Of a DNA stretch of 64,000 bases, positions 38,118 to 47,823 are shown piece after piece. The position numbers were made by a program, and so were the translations under genes. The DNA is from an uncultured cyanobacterium (GTDB lineage: Bacteria; Cyanobacteriota; Cyanobacteriia; CAKZMO01). The stretch's first letter is position 1. Every line of letters starts with the position of its first letter. A model generated the notes under the pieces. The model did no database searches. It was not told where the DNA came from and worked only from the letters and a program-made list of their open reading frames with translations. The stretch covers positions 32,001 to 96,000 of the forward strand of contig CAVRCJ010000013.1 in the NCBI GenBank assembly GCA_963719515.1. Direction: 5' to 3'.

Positions 38118-38566
38118 GTGACATACTCCCGACGCTCATCTTTTAGATAGAGCGCGGGCTTCTTGGCTCACGCACCACAATTTAATGGATGCCGCGCAAG
38201 AAGGTTTCCTGCTTCATCTGGTCCTGTCTAGTTACGCAGCAAGCCGTGCAACCCCGATTAGATCCCATCGACAGGCAATTTGTTTAATGTCCAGGCAATG
38301 ACCAACCCCAGACAGTGACGAGTATTCAATTTCCAGCTACGTTTTCTACCGTTTGCACTGTTCACCAGCCAAGGGCTGTACGTTTGTGTCAGGATAGCAG
38401 GCCGCCGCCATGAAATAGTTTGAGCTTGGTTCAATCGTACCCTTTGCTCGCCTCGGCGCTGCCCTTAATTGCCGCCTTCGGCATCCAGTCAAGGGCGCAC
38501 CTCGACTCGCTCGCTTACATCCCGACGCTGATGCTGCGCATACAGCGCGGGGCTGTCACGAACTAG
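38118..38566 (-). mobile_element. Non-autonomous IS605 derivative (449 bp), copy 1
   Basis: Terminal hairpins, right end TCAC, left flank CTAG; 6 differences seen versus 53508-53956. Confidence 0.9.
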
Positions 38567-38604
38567 CTAGAGGGGGACTTTAAAGGGCACAGCAAGCTAA
38601 ACCC

Positions 38605-39714
38605 CTAGCTATTGACCGGCAAAATCTCAGGGTGGAAGTAAAAGGCCAGCCCAATCACGGCATAGGTTGCCAGCAGCAGTGCCCCCTCTAGCCAATTTGA
38701 GCTGCCGTCTGAGCTGACCGAGTTGGCCACAAACACCGATACGGCGACGGCCACTAGCTCAAACGGGTTAAAGTTGAGGTCCATCGGCTGTCCGGTAAAC
38801 CAACCTACCAAGACCAGCAGCGGGGCCACAAATAGGGCGATCTGCAGCGTCGAACCCACCGCCACCGAAATCGATAGATCCATCTTGTTTTTGACGGCTA
38901 CGGTCACGGCAGTGGCGTGCTCAGCCGCGTTGCCAATAATCGGCAGCAGGATGACGCCCGTAAACAGCCGGGTCAGCCCAATTTTTTCCGTAGCCTCTTC
39001 CAGGGTGTCTACTAAAAACTCAGACTCAATGGCAACGAGCGCCGTGGCAGCCACCAAGACTCCGCCCCACAGCCACAGGTTGGGTTGGTGAGGCTCTATC
39101 GGCTCGCCATCAGCATCGACCTCCACAGCCATATCCGCTTCCCCAACCTCGCACAAATAGCTGTGGGTTTTCATCGAAAACACCAGCGTCAGCACGTACA
39201 CCAGCATCAGGACCACCGCCACCGCCACCGACAGATTCTGCAGCAGCGGCTCCCCAATGCCGGTAGAGGTAAACTCCACCGCTGTCGGCAGCAGCATAGC
39301 CACCACGGCTAGGTTCATCGAAGAGGCGTTGATTCGCGCCACTACGGGCTGAAACGTCTGCTCCTTGAACTTCAGGCCGCCCAGCAGCATCGAAAACCCC
39401 ATGACCAGCAGGAGATTACTGATGATGGAGCCGGTCAAGCTGGCCTTGACCACGTTGACAAACCCAGCGTTGAGGGCAATGAGGGCAATAATCAGCTCTG
39501 TGGCATTGCCAAACGTGGCGTTGAGCAGTCCGCCTAAGGTCGGCCCCACCACGACGGCGATTTCCTCTGTGGCGGTGCCCATCCAGGCCGCCAGCGGAAT
39601 GATCGCTAGTCCGGCGAGAACGAATATGGCGATCGCCCCCCAGTGGAGAAAATGGGCCGCGATGGAAATCGGAATAAAGATCAGCAGTATGCCGAAAAGT
39701 TGGTTTCTGGTCAT
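38605..39714 (-). CDS. cax: Ca2+/H+ antiporter
   Basis: LLNATFGNATELI and GNAAEH alpha-repeats. Confidence 0.93.
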   Translation of the reverse strand: MTRNQLFGILLIFIPISIAAHFLHWGAIAIFVLAGLAIIPLAAWMGTATEEIAVVVGPTLGGLLNATFGNATELIIALIALNAGFVNVVKASLTGSIISNLLLVMGFSMLLGGLKFKEQTFQPVVARINASSMNLAVVAMLLPTAVEFTSTGIGEPLLQNLSVAVAVVLMLVYVLTLVFSMKTHSYLCEVGEADMAVEVDADGEPIEPHQPNLWLWGGVLVAATALVAIESEFLVDTLEEATEKIGLTRLFTGVILLPIIGNAAEHATAVTVAVKNKMDLSISVAVGSTLQIALFVAPLLVLVGWFTGQPMDLNFNPFELVAVAVSVFVANSVSSDGSSNWLEGALLLATYAVIGLAFYFHPEILPVNS

Positions 39715-39810
39715 AGGTTAGTTATCCAATCGTATTGAGCGTAGCATCTCTGCTCTCACTCTCACGTCCCTTGTCGTGCAGATCACAACCTGAAGATCGC
39801 GGCAAAGATA

Positions 39811-39828
39811 TTAACAGTTGTTTACAAT
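39811..39828 (+). promoter_or_regulatory. HLR1-like (RpaB) direct repeat
   Basis: TTAACAGT-tg-TTTACAAT between the divergent cax and methyltransferase genes. Confidence 0.45.
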
Positions 39829-39863
39829 AGTTATCAAAGATATTAGAAACCCTGCGATTGACT

Positions 39864-40940
39864 ATGGCGATTACAGCAACGCCCCTCACAAAACTGGCCT
39901 ATCAGACCGTTCAGCAAGGGAAGAGCTACTTCGGGCTCGCCCACAAAATGCTGAGCAGTCAGCTTAGAACTGTGGTAGCCCCGCCGTCTGAGAGCAGCGA
40001 CCCTACGCCGATTTCTCCTCAGCTGCTGCTGGAGCTCAACCAGCGTATGAACCAGCTCTTAGACCAAGACTGGGCCGACGCTGAGCGGGAAATTTACTCG
40101 ACAGACATTCTGTTTGATAATCCCTGGGACGACTTCCTTCGCTATTACCCCATGATTTGGGCCGATCAGCCCCAGGTCTGGGATCGCGTCAACGGTAAGC
40201 GCTTCGAGGAGTTCTCGCCTGGTATTGCCACTGAGGATTACCCCAAGTACTACGCCCGCAACTTCCACTACCAAACCGACGGCTACCTCAGCGACCATTC
40301 CGCCAACCTGTATGACCTGCAGGTGGAGATTTTGTTCAACGGCACCGCCGACGCCATGCGCCGCCGCATTTTAGCGCCTCTGAAGCAGATGATGGCTGAG
40401 TCTGGCTTCGAGAACGCCGCTCGCACGCGAGTTTTGGACATCGCCTGCGGCACCGGGCGCACCCTGCGCTTTTTGCGGGATGCCTTTTCCAAAGCCTCCC
40501 TTTACGGCATCGACCTGTCCCCTGCTTATCTACGTAAAGCTAACCAGATGCTCTCGCGCATTCCGGGCGAGCTGCCCCAGCTGATGCAGGCCAATGCTGA
40601 GTCTTTGCCTTACGTTGATAACTTCTTCCAGGCGGTTACCTCGGTGTTCATGTTCCATGAGCTGCCGGCCCCCGTTCGGCAGAACGTCATCAACGAAGCC
40701 TACCGAGTAGTGCAGCCCGGCGGCACGTTCATCATCTGCGATTCGATTCAGCTGAGCGATTCGCCGGAGCTGAAGGTGTCGATGGAGAATTTCTCGGCCA
40801 TGTTCCACGAGCCTTTCTACCGCAACTATATCGAGGATGACCTGAATGGTCGCCTTGAGCAGGCTGGGTTTGAGGTGGTGGAGATGCAGGTTCACTTTAT
40901 GAGCAAGTACTGGATTGCCCGTAAGCCTGTTGAGGGTTAA
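39864..40940 (+). CDS. Class I SAM-dependent methyltransferase
   Basis: LDIACGTG, NFHYQTDG, FMFHELP. Confidence 0.9.
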   Translation: MAITATPLTKLAYQTVQQGKSYFGLAHKMLSSQLRTVVAPPSESSDPTPISPQLLLELNQRMNQLLDQDWADAEREIYSTDILFDNPWDDFLRYYPMIWADQPQVWDRVNGKRFEEFSPGIATEDYPKYYARNFHYQTDGYLSDHSANLYDLQVEILFNGTADAMRRRILAPLKQMMAESGFENAARTRVLDIACGTGRTLRFLRDAFSKASLYGIDLSPAYLRKANQMLSRIPGELPQLMQANAESLPYVDNFFQAVTSVFMFHELPAPVRQNVINEAYRVVQPGGTFIICDSIQLSDSPELKVSMENFSAMFHEPFYRNYIEDDLNGRLEQAGFEVVEMQVHFMSKYWIARKPVEG

Positions 40941-41004
40941 ACCGGCTGCTTGGGGGCAGGCTCCCTGCATATGACAATGTCCGTTGTGGGGTAAAGCGAT
41001 CGCC

Positions 41005-41039
41005 GTAGGGCGGGTTAGCGTCAGCGTAGCTCACCCTAC
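41005..41039. repeat. REP-like palindrome
   Basis: GTAGGGCGGGTTAGCGTCAGCGTAGCTCACCCTAC; similar to 54671-54702. Confidence 0.6.
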
Positions 41040-42001
41040 GGTTTGACTGACGAAAGAGCCTGCCGCAGATCCCCCCCGTGCTCTACTAACAACCGATCGC
41101 CCTCCTCAGCGCTCACGTCAGCCCAATGCATCAACAGCGCCAGCTTCACCCGGCGGTGGCTTTGCTCTAGCAGGTCTGCCGCTTTTTTATTGTCTAACTC
41201 TGTCAGGTCCATTAAGATGCGCAGGGCACGGTCGTACAGCTTCTGGTTAGTGACCGCCACGTCAATCATCCGGTTGCCGTAGACCTTTCCTAGCTGCACC
41301 ATCACCCCGGTGGAGATCGTGTTGAGCACCAGCTTAGTGACAGTGCCCGCCTTGAGGCGCGTCGAGCCCGCCAGCAGCTCTGGTCCCACCAGCAGGCGAA
41401 TGTCTACATCTACCGCTATCGGCACCTGCGCTTGCGGAACGCAGGCCATAAAAATGGTGGTGGCCTGCCGCTCTTGGGCGGCTTCCAAGGCCCCGTGGAC
41501 GTAGGGGGTAGTGCCCCCAGCGGTGATGCCCATCACCACGTCGTTTTCGCCAACCAAGGCGTGGGCGATCGCCTCCGCCCCGTCGTCGGCCCGATCTTCC
41601 AGTCCTTCCGACGAGCGCACCAGAGCCGCCTTTCCACCGGCCAGAATTCCCTGCACCATTTCAGGCGGGGTACAAAAGGTGGGGGGACATTCGGCGGCGT
41701 CCAGCACTCCTAGCCGTCCGCTGGTGCCTGCGCCGACGTAAAACAGCCGTCCGCCCTGGCGCAGAGCCGCAGCGGTCTTCTCAATGGCGATGGCGATCGC
41801 CTCTCGGGCGGCGGCAACGGCCTCTAAGACGCAGGCGTCTTCTTGGTTAAAGAGATCGACCAGCTCTAGGGGCGTGAGCTGATCTAGGGTTTGGCTGTTG
41901 GGGTTGACCTGCTCGGTGAGCAAGTGGCCGCGCGCTGTAGGTGGGGGTAGCACAAGATGGGACGAAGGGGATGGGGGCACTGACTCCATAGATAACTCCA
42001 T
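41036..42001 (-). CDS. murQ: N-acetylmuramic acid 6-phosphate etherase
   Basis: GAGTSGRLGVLDAAECPPTF, GSTRLKAGT. Confidence 0.95.
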   Translation of the reverse strand: MELSMESVPPSPSSHLVLPPPTARGHLLTEQVNPNSQTLDQLTPLELVDLFNQEDACVLEAVAAAREAIAIAIEKTAAALRQGGRLFYVGAGTSGRLGVLDAAECPPTFCTPPEMVQGILAGGKAALVRSSEGLEDRADDGAEAIAHALVGENDVVMGITAGGTTPYVHGALEAAQERQATTIFMACVPQAQVPIAVDVDIRLLVGPELLAGSTRLKAGTVTKLVLNTISTGVMVQLGKVYGNRMIDVAVTNQKLYDRALRILMDLTELDNKKAADLLEQSHRRVKLALLMHWADVSAEEGDRLLVEHGGDLRQALSSVKP

Positions 42002-42052
42002 ATAAAAACAAAAAGCGCTAAAGTACAGGGGCGGTGACAGAATTCTACTACG

Positions 42053-43270
42053 ATGGCCTCGAAACGTTTCTCCAAGGCCGGATTCCAGTGGCTATCGCGG
42101 GCCGCTATTCTGCTGGCTGCGGGGGTTGGCGGTACGATGGCCTACTTGACTTGGCAGCAGCGCAGCGCTCCCCCCATCCAGGTTAGAAGCCTCGTTGCCG
42201 AGCGGGGTAGCGTCGAAGAGAGCATCAGCGAGAGCGGCGTGGTTCAGCTCGCCAGCCAGCAGACTCTCCAGTCTCCGGCGGAGGGGGCTGTGGACCAGGT
42301 TCTGGTGCGAGCGGGAGAGCCCGTTGAGGCGGGGCAGGTGCTCATCGTGCTGCGCAATGCCGAACGAGAGACCGCCACCAGTAACCAGCAGCTGCAGGTT
42401 GAGCAGCAGCGCGTCAGCCTTAAGCGGGCCCAAGAGCGTATCGCCGAGTCGCAGGAGCAGCTTGCGGCTTACCAAAGCGACCTAGAGCGCTTCCGTGGGT
42501 TAGAAGAGGCGGGTGCTATTCCCTACAACGACATTCGCGATATTGAAGACAACATTCGCCGCACGGAAACCACCCTGGAAGATGCAAGAAGCGAAGCCGA
42601 GGGAGCTAATCTAGAGCTGGCGCGACTGCAAACTGAGAACCGCCGCATCGCTCAGGAAATGGAAGAAACTATCATTACAGCGCCCATCAGCGGCCAGGTG
42701 CTAGACGTGGGGGTGAAAGACGGGGATGGGGTAGAGCTGCGCACGGAGCTGCTAACCCTGGGAGACCCGTCCCAAGAGCTGGTGAGCCTAGAGCTCTCTA
42801 CCCTGGACGCGGCCCGCATTAGCCTGGGGCAGGCGGCACGGATAAGCGTCATCGGCCCGAACCCAGAAATCTTTGAGGGGCAGGTCGCGCAGATCTCTCC
42901 CCTGGCGCGATCGCCCGAAGAGGGCGGAGGTCAAGAGACCCAGGTGACCGTCCCGACGCTGGTGCGGCTCAGTGAACCTACGCGGCTCCTGATTCCGGGA
43001 AGCCAGGTGAGCGTCGAGATCATTTTACAGGCTGAGGAGAACGTCACGGTTTTGGGCACCGAGGCCATTCAGCGCGACGGCGGGGAGCCTTTTGTTTGGG
43101 TTCTAGACGAGGCGCAGCAGGTGCAGCAACGGCCCGTCCAAACTGGGCTAGAAGGGTTGACCCAGGTAGAAATTGAGTCTGGATTGAGTCCAGGAGAAAC
43201 GGTGGTGGTGCCACCGCCGGACCAGGCCCTTGCGCCCGGCGCTGCCGTTGTTGTTGATTCTAGGTCGTAG
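42053..43270 (+). CDS. Efflux membrane-fusion (periplasmic adaptor) protein
   Basis: N-terminal TM, lipoyl halves, coiled coil, ITAPISG. Confidence 0.9.
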   Translation: MASKRFSKAGFQWLSRAAILLAAGVGGTMAYLTWQQRSAPPIQVRSLVAERGSVEESISESGVVQLASQQTLQSPAEGAVDQVLVRAGEPVEAGQVLIVLRNAERETATSNQQLQVEQQRVSLKRAQERIAESQEQLAAYQSDLERFRGLEEAGAIPYNDIRDIEDNIRRTETTLEDARSEAEGANLELARLQTENRRIAQEMEETIITAPISGQVLDVGVKDGDGVELRTELLTLGDPSQELVSLELSTLDAARISLGQAARISVIGPNPEIFEGQVAQISPLARSPEEGGGQETQVTVPTLVRLSEPTRLLIPGSQVSVEIILQAEENVTVLGTEAIQRDGGEPFVWVLDEAQQVQQRPVQTGLEGLTQVEIESGLSPGETVVVPPPDQALAPGAAVVVDSRS

Positions 43271-43277
43271 GACAAAT

Positions 43278-44462
43278 ATGGGGCTATCTTCTGCCGATCT
43301 ATTGCGACTGACGACCCACTCCCTCCGGAGCAACCTGCTGCGATCGCTGCTGTCGATGTCGGGGGTGTTTATGGGGGTGGCCGCCGTGGTAGCGACGCTG
43401 CAGGTGGGCAGCATCAGCCGCGCCGTGATTGCCGAAGAGCTAGACAAACGGGAAGCGCCCCAGGTTTCCCTCTATCCGCGCTGGCAGCCGGGAAAGCCCT
43501 ATCAGCCTCTGCAAACAGACGACCTCGCCTTCTTACAGCAGCGGCTGGTGGGGGCGCGCGCCCTCAGCGCCATCGACTGGGCCGGGACGCGGCTAGCGCT
43601 GTTTCACGATCGCGAGGCCAATGCGTTTATGCTGGCGGTCTCCCGAGAGTTTTTTACCACCTCAGGGCTGGGGCTGCTGGTAGGTCGCTTGTTTACCGAG
43701 GCCGATTTTGAGCGCTACCGCTCGGTTGTGGTAATTGACCAGTTTTTGGCGGAGAGCCTATTTGATGAGCTGGGCGACGCTATTGGCGAACAGGTCTATT
43801 TCGGCGGTCGCCCGCTCGTGGTGGTGGGAGTCTTGGAAACCAAGCTGGAAGAGGAGGAAACCCCTACAGGGAAAGTCTACATCCCGCTCTCCCTCCACCA
43901 CGCATTAGAGGGCCATCAGCGCATCAACGCCCTCCGCCTGCGGCCTCAGTCTTTAGAAACTATCGAGACCCTCGAAGAGCAGGCGGAGCAGCTGTTGCAG
44001 CAGCGATCGCCTGACCGCCGCTTCTACGTCTTTAACAACGTTGAGGATATTCAGGAGCGTCAGCAGGTGCTGCAGCTTGCCGCCCGAGGGCTGGCCGCCG
44101 TGGGGCTAATTTCCCTGATGGTGGGCGGCGTTGGCATCGCCAACATCATGCTGGCGTCGGTGGCCGAGCGCACTGCGGAAATCGGCCTGCGGCGAGCGAT
44201 CGGGGCGACGCGGCAGGAAATCATGCTGCAGTTCATCTTGGAAGCCGCTGTTTTGAGCGTTATGGGGGGAGCAGCGGCGGTTATTGTTGTCCACGGGCTG
44301 ACGCGGGTGGTGGCCGACCAGTTTGAGCTGCCGTACCGGTTTGAGGGCCGCAGCGCTGCCGTGGCCCTAGGGGCGGCGATCGCGGTGGGGGTGGGGGCCA
44401 GCCTGCTGCCCGCGCTGCAGGCCAGTAAGCTAGACCCGGTGCAGGCCTTGAGGTCAGGGTAG
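43278..44462 (+). CDS. MacB/FtsX-type ABC permease
   Basis: RSLLSM.GV, GGVGIANIMLASVAERTAEIGLRRAIGA, LDPVQALR. Confidence 0.9.
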   Translation: MGLSSADLLRLTTHSLRSNLLRSLLSMSGVFMGVAAVVATLQVGSISRAVIAEELDKREAPQVSLYPRWQPGKPYQPLQTDDLAFLQQRLVGARALSAIDWAGTRLALFHDREANAFMLAVSREFFTTSGLGLLVGRLFTEADFERYRSVVVIDQFLAESLFDELGDAIGEQVYFGGRPLVVVGVLETKLEEEETPTGKVYIPLSLHHALEGHQRINALRLRPQSLETIETLEEQAEQLLQQRSPDRRFYVFNNVEDIQERQQVLQLAARGLAAVGLISLMVGGVGIANIMLASVAERTAEIGLRRAIGATRQEIMLQFILEAAVLSVMGGAAAVIVVHGLTRVVADQFELPYRFEGRSAAVALGAAIAVGVGASLLPALQASKLDPVQALRSG

Positions 44463-44482
44463 GGCGCTCGCATCGGGATATT

Positions 44483-45370
44483 GTGCTAGAGGATAGTCAA
44501 CAGTTGAGTGATGTTGGGGAGCTAAAGTTGCAGTCCTTTGCCAAACCCTACCGAGGGCGGCTCGCCCCGACGCCCACCGGCCACCTGCACCAGGGCCACG
44601 CCAAAACCTTTTGGACTGCTCAGCAGCGGGCCGCTCAGCCCGGCGGGGCGCTGCTGCTGCGCCTTGAAGACCTAGACCGCGATCGCTGCAAGCCCCAGTA
44701 CACCCTAGACCTGCTGGAAGATCTGGCCTGGTTTGGCTTTCGCTGGCAGGAGGGCCCAGACCTGGGCGGAAACTACGGACCCTATATCCAAAGCGATCGC
44801 CAGGCCTTCTACCGGCAGGTGTGGCAGCAGCTCAACCAGGCCCAGGCGATTTACCCTAGTCCTCACTCCCGCAAGGATGTGGCAAGGGCCTTAACCGCCC
44901 CCCACGAAGGCGATCGCCAAGCTATTTTTCCTGCCCGGCTCCGCCCTGCAGCCTGGCAGCCGGCCCGTGAACCCGGCGCGGTGAACTGGCGCTTTCGGGT
45001 ACCCGATGGCGAGACTATCGCCTTTGTAGACCAAAACTCGGGGCTTCAGGCTTTCACCGCTGGTCAGGACTTTGGCGACTTCCTCGTTTGGCGGCGAGAC
45101 GGGTTCCCCAGCTACGAGCTGGCGGTGGTGGCCGACGACCACGCCATGGCCATTTCTGAGGTGGTGCGCGGCGAGGATTTGCTGCTGTCAACGGCAAAGC
45201 AGCTGTTGCTCTACCGCGCCTTGGGGTGGGAGGCCCCCGCGTTTTACCACTGCCCTTTGGTGCGCGATGAGCAGGGGAAGCGCCTGGCTAAGCGGGATGG
45301 GGCCAGGAGTCTGCGATCGCTGCGGCAGCGGGGGGTGGCGCCGGAGGAGATTCGGGCAGGGTGGCGATAA
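44483..45370 (+). CDS. gluQ: Glutamyl-Q tRNA(Asp) synthetase
   Basis: GRLAPTPTGHLHQGH, LRLEDLD, VVRGEDLL, RLAKR; no anticodon-binding domain. Confidence 0.88.
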   Translation: MLEDSQQLSDVGELKLQSFAKPYRGRLAPTPTGHLHQGHAKTFWTAQQRAAQPGGALLLRLEDLDRDRCKPQYTLDLLEDLAWFGFRWQEGPDLGGNYGPYIQSDRQAFYRQVWQQLNQAQAIYPSPHSRKDVARALTAPHEGDRQAIFPARLRPAAWQPAREPGAVNWRFRVPDGETIAFVDQNSGLQAFTAGQDFGDFLVWRRDGFPSYELAVVADDHAMAISEVVRGEDLLLSTAKQLLLYRALGWEAPAFYHCPLVRDEQGKRLAKRDGARSLRSLRQRGVAPEEIRAGWR

Positions 45371-45427
45371 GGGCGATTGGGATGACGCAGTGCCGCTAGA
45401 GCCTGCTGGGCCGCGCGAGGTTGAGAG

Positions 45428-46462
45428 CTACCGGACTAGGCTGCCGGCAAGCTGCGGCGTCCGGTAATCTTGGAGCCATAGAACAAACTGCTGCAGTCCC
45501 TCCGAGAGAGAGGTTTTGGGCTCAAATCCCACAGCCTCAGTCAGACTGTCTATGTCAGCGTAGGTTTCCAGAACGTCCCCCGGCTGCATGGGCAGCATAT
45601 TCTTGCGCGCGGTGAGCCCCAAGCAGCGCTCTAGGGTTTCGATAAAGTCCAGCAGCGTGATGGGCTGGTGGTTGCCGATGTTGTAGATACGGTAGGGGCC
45701 CTGGCTGGAGCTGGGGTCGGGATGCGCGCCACACCAGCTGGGGTCGGGCTGGGGGACCTGGGGAATCAGACGCAAAATACCGTCGACAATGTCGCCGACG
45801 TAGGTAAAGTCGCGGCGCATTTGGCCGTGGTTATAGACGTCGATGGGGCGATCTGCCAAAATAGCTTCCGCGAACCTATAGGTGGCCATGTCGGGGCGGC
45901 CCCAAGGGCCGTAGACCGTGAAGAAACGCAGCCCCGTGGTGGGAATGCCATAAAGATGGCTGTAGGAGTGGGCCATCAGCTCGTTGGCTTTTTTGGTGGC
46001 GGCGTAGAGACTGAGGGGATGGTCGACGTTGTGATTTACGGAGAAGGGCATTGCGCGGTTAGCGCCATAGACGGAGCTTGAGGAGGCAAAAATCAGGTGC
46101 TCAGTTGAGTAGGTGCGGCAGCCCTCTAGCACGTTGAGAAAGCCCACCAGGTTGCTGTCGGCGTAAGCGTGGGGATTTTCGAGGGAGTAGCGGACGCCCG
46201 CCTGCGCGGCGAGGTGAATGACGACCTTGGGCCGATAGGTGGCAAATAGCCAGTTCATCTGGGGGCGATCGCTCAGATCAAGTTTGTGGAAGCGGAACCG
46301 AGGATGCCCGCTGAGCTGGGCTAGGCGATCGCGCTTTAGCTGCACGCTGTAGTAGTCGTTGAGGTTGTCCATACCCACCACGGTGTGGTCTTGGGCGAGC
46401 AGGGCCTTACAGACGTGGTAGCCGATAAATCCAGCGGCTCCGGTAACCAAAATCTGAGTCAT
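45428..46462 (-). CDS. NAD-dependent epimerase (UDP-glucuronate 4-epimerase-like)
   Basis: TGAAGFIG, HLAAQAGVRYS, YAATKK, YGPWGRPDMA. Confidence 0.92.
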   Translation of the reverse strand: MTQILVTGAAGFIGYHVCKALLAQDHTVVGMDNLNDYYSVQLKRDRLAQLSGHPRFRFHKLDLSDRPQMNWLFATYRPKVVIHLAAQAGVRYSLENPHAYADSNLVGFLNVLEGCRTYSTEHLIFASSSSVYGANRAMPFSVNHNVDHPLSLYAATKKANELMAHSYSHLYGIPTTGLRFFTVYGPWGRPDMATYRFAEAILADRPIDVYNHGQMRRDFTYVGDIVDGILRLIPQVPQPDPSWCGAHPDPSSSQGPYRIYNIGNHQPITLLDFIETLERCLGLTARKNMLPMQPGDVLETYADIDSLTEAVGFEPKTSLSEGLQQFVLWLQDYRTPQLAGSLVR

Positions 46463-46764
46463 AATGGGCGCTTCAATAGGGTTTGCGTTGAGGTAGCGCT
46501 TTCCTGTCGTGACGAGTGAGAGCCTAAGCGTAGGGGGGAATACTTGCGTAAACTTTGAAACTACGGCAGGTGGTTGGAAGGACGAGGGCAGCGGGTGTTT
46601 GGTTTCCTGCGATCGCCCAAGGCAAGGTGAGCCCGCCCGCCAAGCCGACCCGCCAAACGCTTTAGCGGGCATACCGGAGGGGGTACGCCCGCTAGAGGCA
46701 GTTGTGCTATTGAGTACTTTCTACCGCAGGTGGCCCGTGAGCAGCCGACTTTCCAAAACTGTCG

Positions 46765-47625
46765 CTAGGACGGCACGTTGCGAACGCGGGACCGATACGC
46801 CGCACTGTTCAACCCGTCGCCGACGTTGGCCGTAGCGGGGTCAATCTGCGCGTTGAGATCTTGAACGCGGCTGCCTGCAGAGGGATGGGTACTCAAGAAA
46901 GCGGGGGTAGAGGAGCGGCCCACCAGCTTAGCCATAAAGGCCGGCATTGCCGAAGGCGCGTATCCCGCCGCCCGAAGGTTAGCTAGTCCCAAATTGTCGG
47001 CCTCTCGCTCATCGCTCCGGCTGTTGGGACGCCGCAGCGCTAGCTCGACGCCAATGTTGGCAAGCGCGCTCTGGTCAACCCCAGCAGCGGTCATCAACCC
47101 CCGGGCGATCGCCGCCTCTCGCATTTGCTCCAGCGCATGCCGTCCGGCGATGTGGGCAATCTCGTGGGAGACGACGCTTGCCAGCTCAGCCTCATTATCG
47201 GCAGCCCGCATGAGGCCAGTGGTGACGTAGACGTAGCCCCCCATGGTGGCAAAAGCGTTGATGGCGTCGTCTTGAACCACTTGAAAGGTATAGGGAATAT
47301 TGGAGCGGGCGCTGTGGGGCACCAGCCGCTGGCCGATGCTGTTGACGTAGCGGTTGATTTCAGCGTCGCGATAGAGCGATACCTGTCCGCCGACGAGCTG
47401 CTGGTTGATTTGTCCGCCGAGGCGGACCTCTTGGCGATCGGACATGTTGGAAAGCTGGATGACCTGTATGCCCCTGAAAATCAGGTCCAAAAACGGGATT
47501 GCGGGAGTGGCGGTTGGCGTTCCTATAACAATACTCACCGCTAAGAGCGTTGAGATCGCTCCGTAGATCCAGCGGCGGCGTAGGGTCGTGAAGAGGTCGC
47601 TTGGTCGCATATCGCTTGGTCGCAT
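46765..47625 (-). CDS. M48-family metallopeptidase
   Basis: INAFA..GG, HEIAH, EREAD, FLSTHP. Confidence 0.92.
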   Translation of the reverse strand: MRPSDMRPSDLFTTLRRRWIYGAISTLLAVSIVIGTPTATPAIPFLDLIFRGIQVIQLSNMSDRQEVRLGGQINQQLVGGQVSLYRDAEINRYVNSIGQRLVPHSARSNIPYTFQVVQDDAINAFATMGGYVYVTTGLMRAADNEAELASVVSHEIAHIAGRHALEQMREAAIARGLMTAAGVDQSALANIGVELALRRPNSRSDEREADNLGLANLRAAGYAPSAMPAFMAKLVGRSSTPAFLSTHPSAGSRVQDLNAQIDPATANVGDGLNSAAYRSRVRNVPS

Positions 47626-47823
47626 TGCAGGTACGTTCTTATTCTAGGGGTGGGGCCGGGGGAAGCGATCCGCCTCCAGGTCAAATTCTAAGCTGTCACA
47701 GTATTTTGTGTGCCGATGCTCCATGCCAAAAGCATTTCTCAGCCGAGATAAGTCTGTGCCGATATCAAAGGCGTTTTGGTTTAGGATGTTGTCGGTGCTG
47801 ACGCAATTTCTGCCGACGCGATT

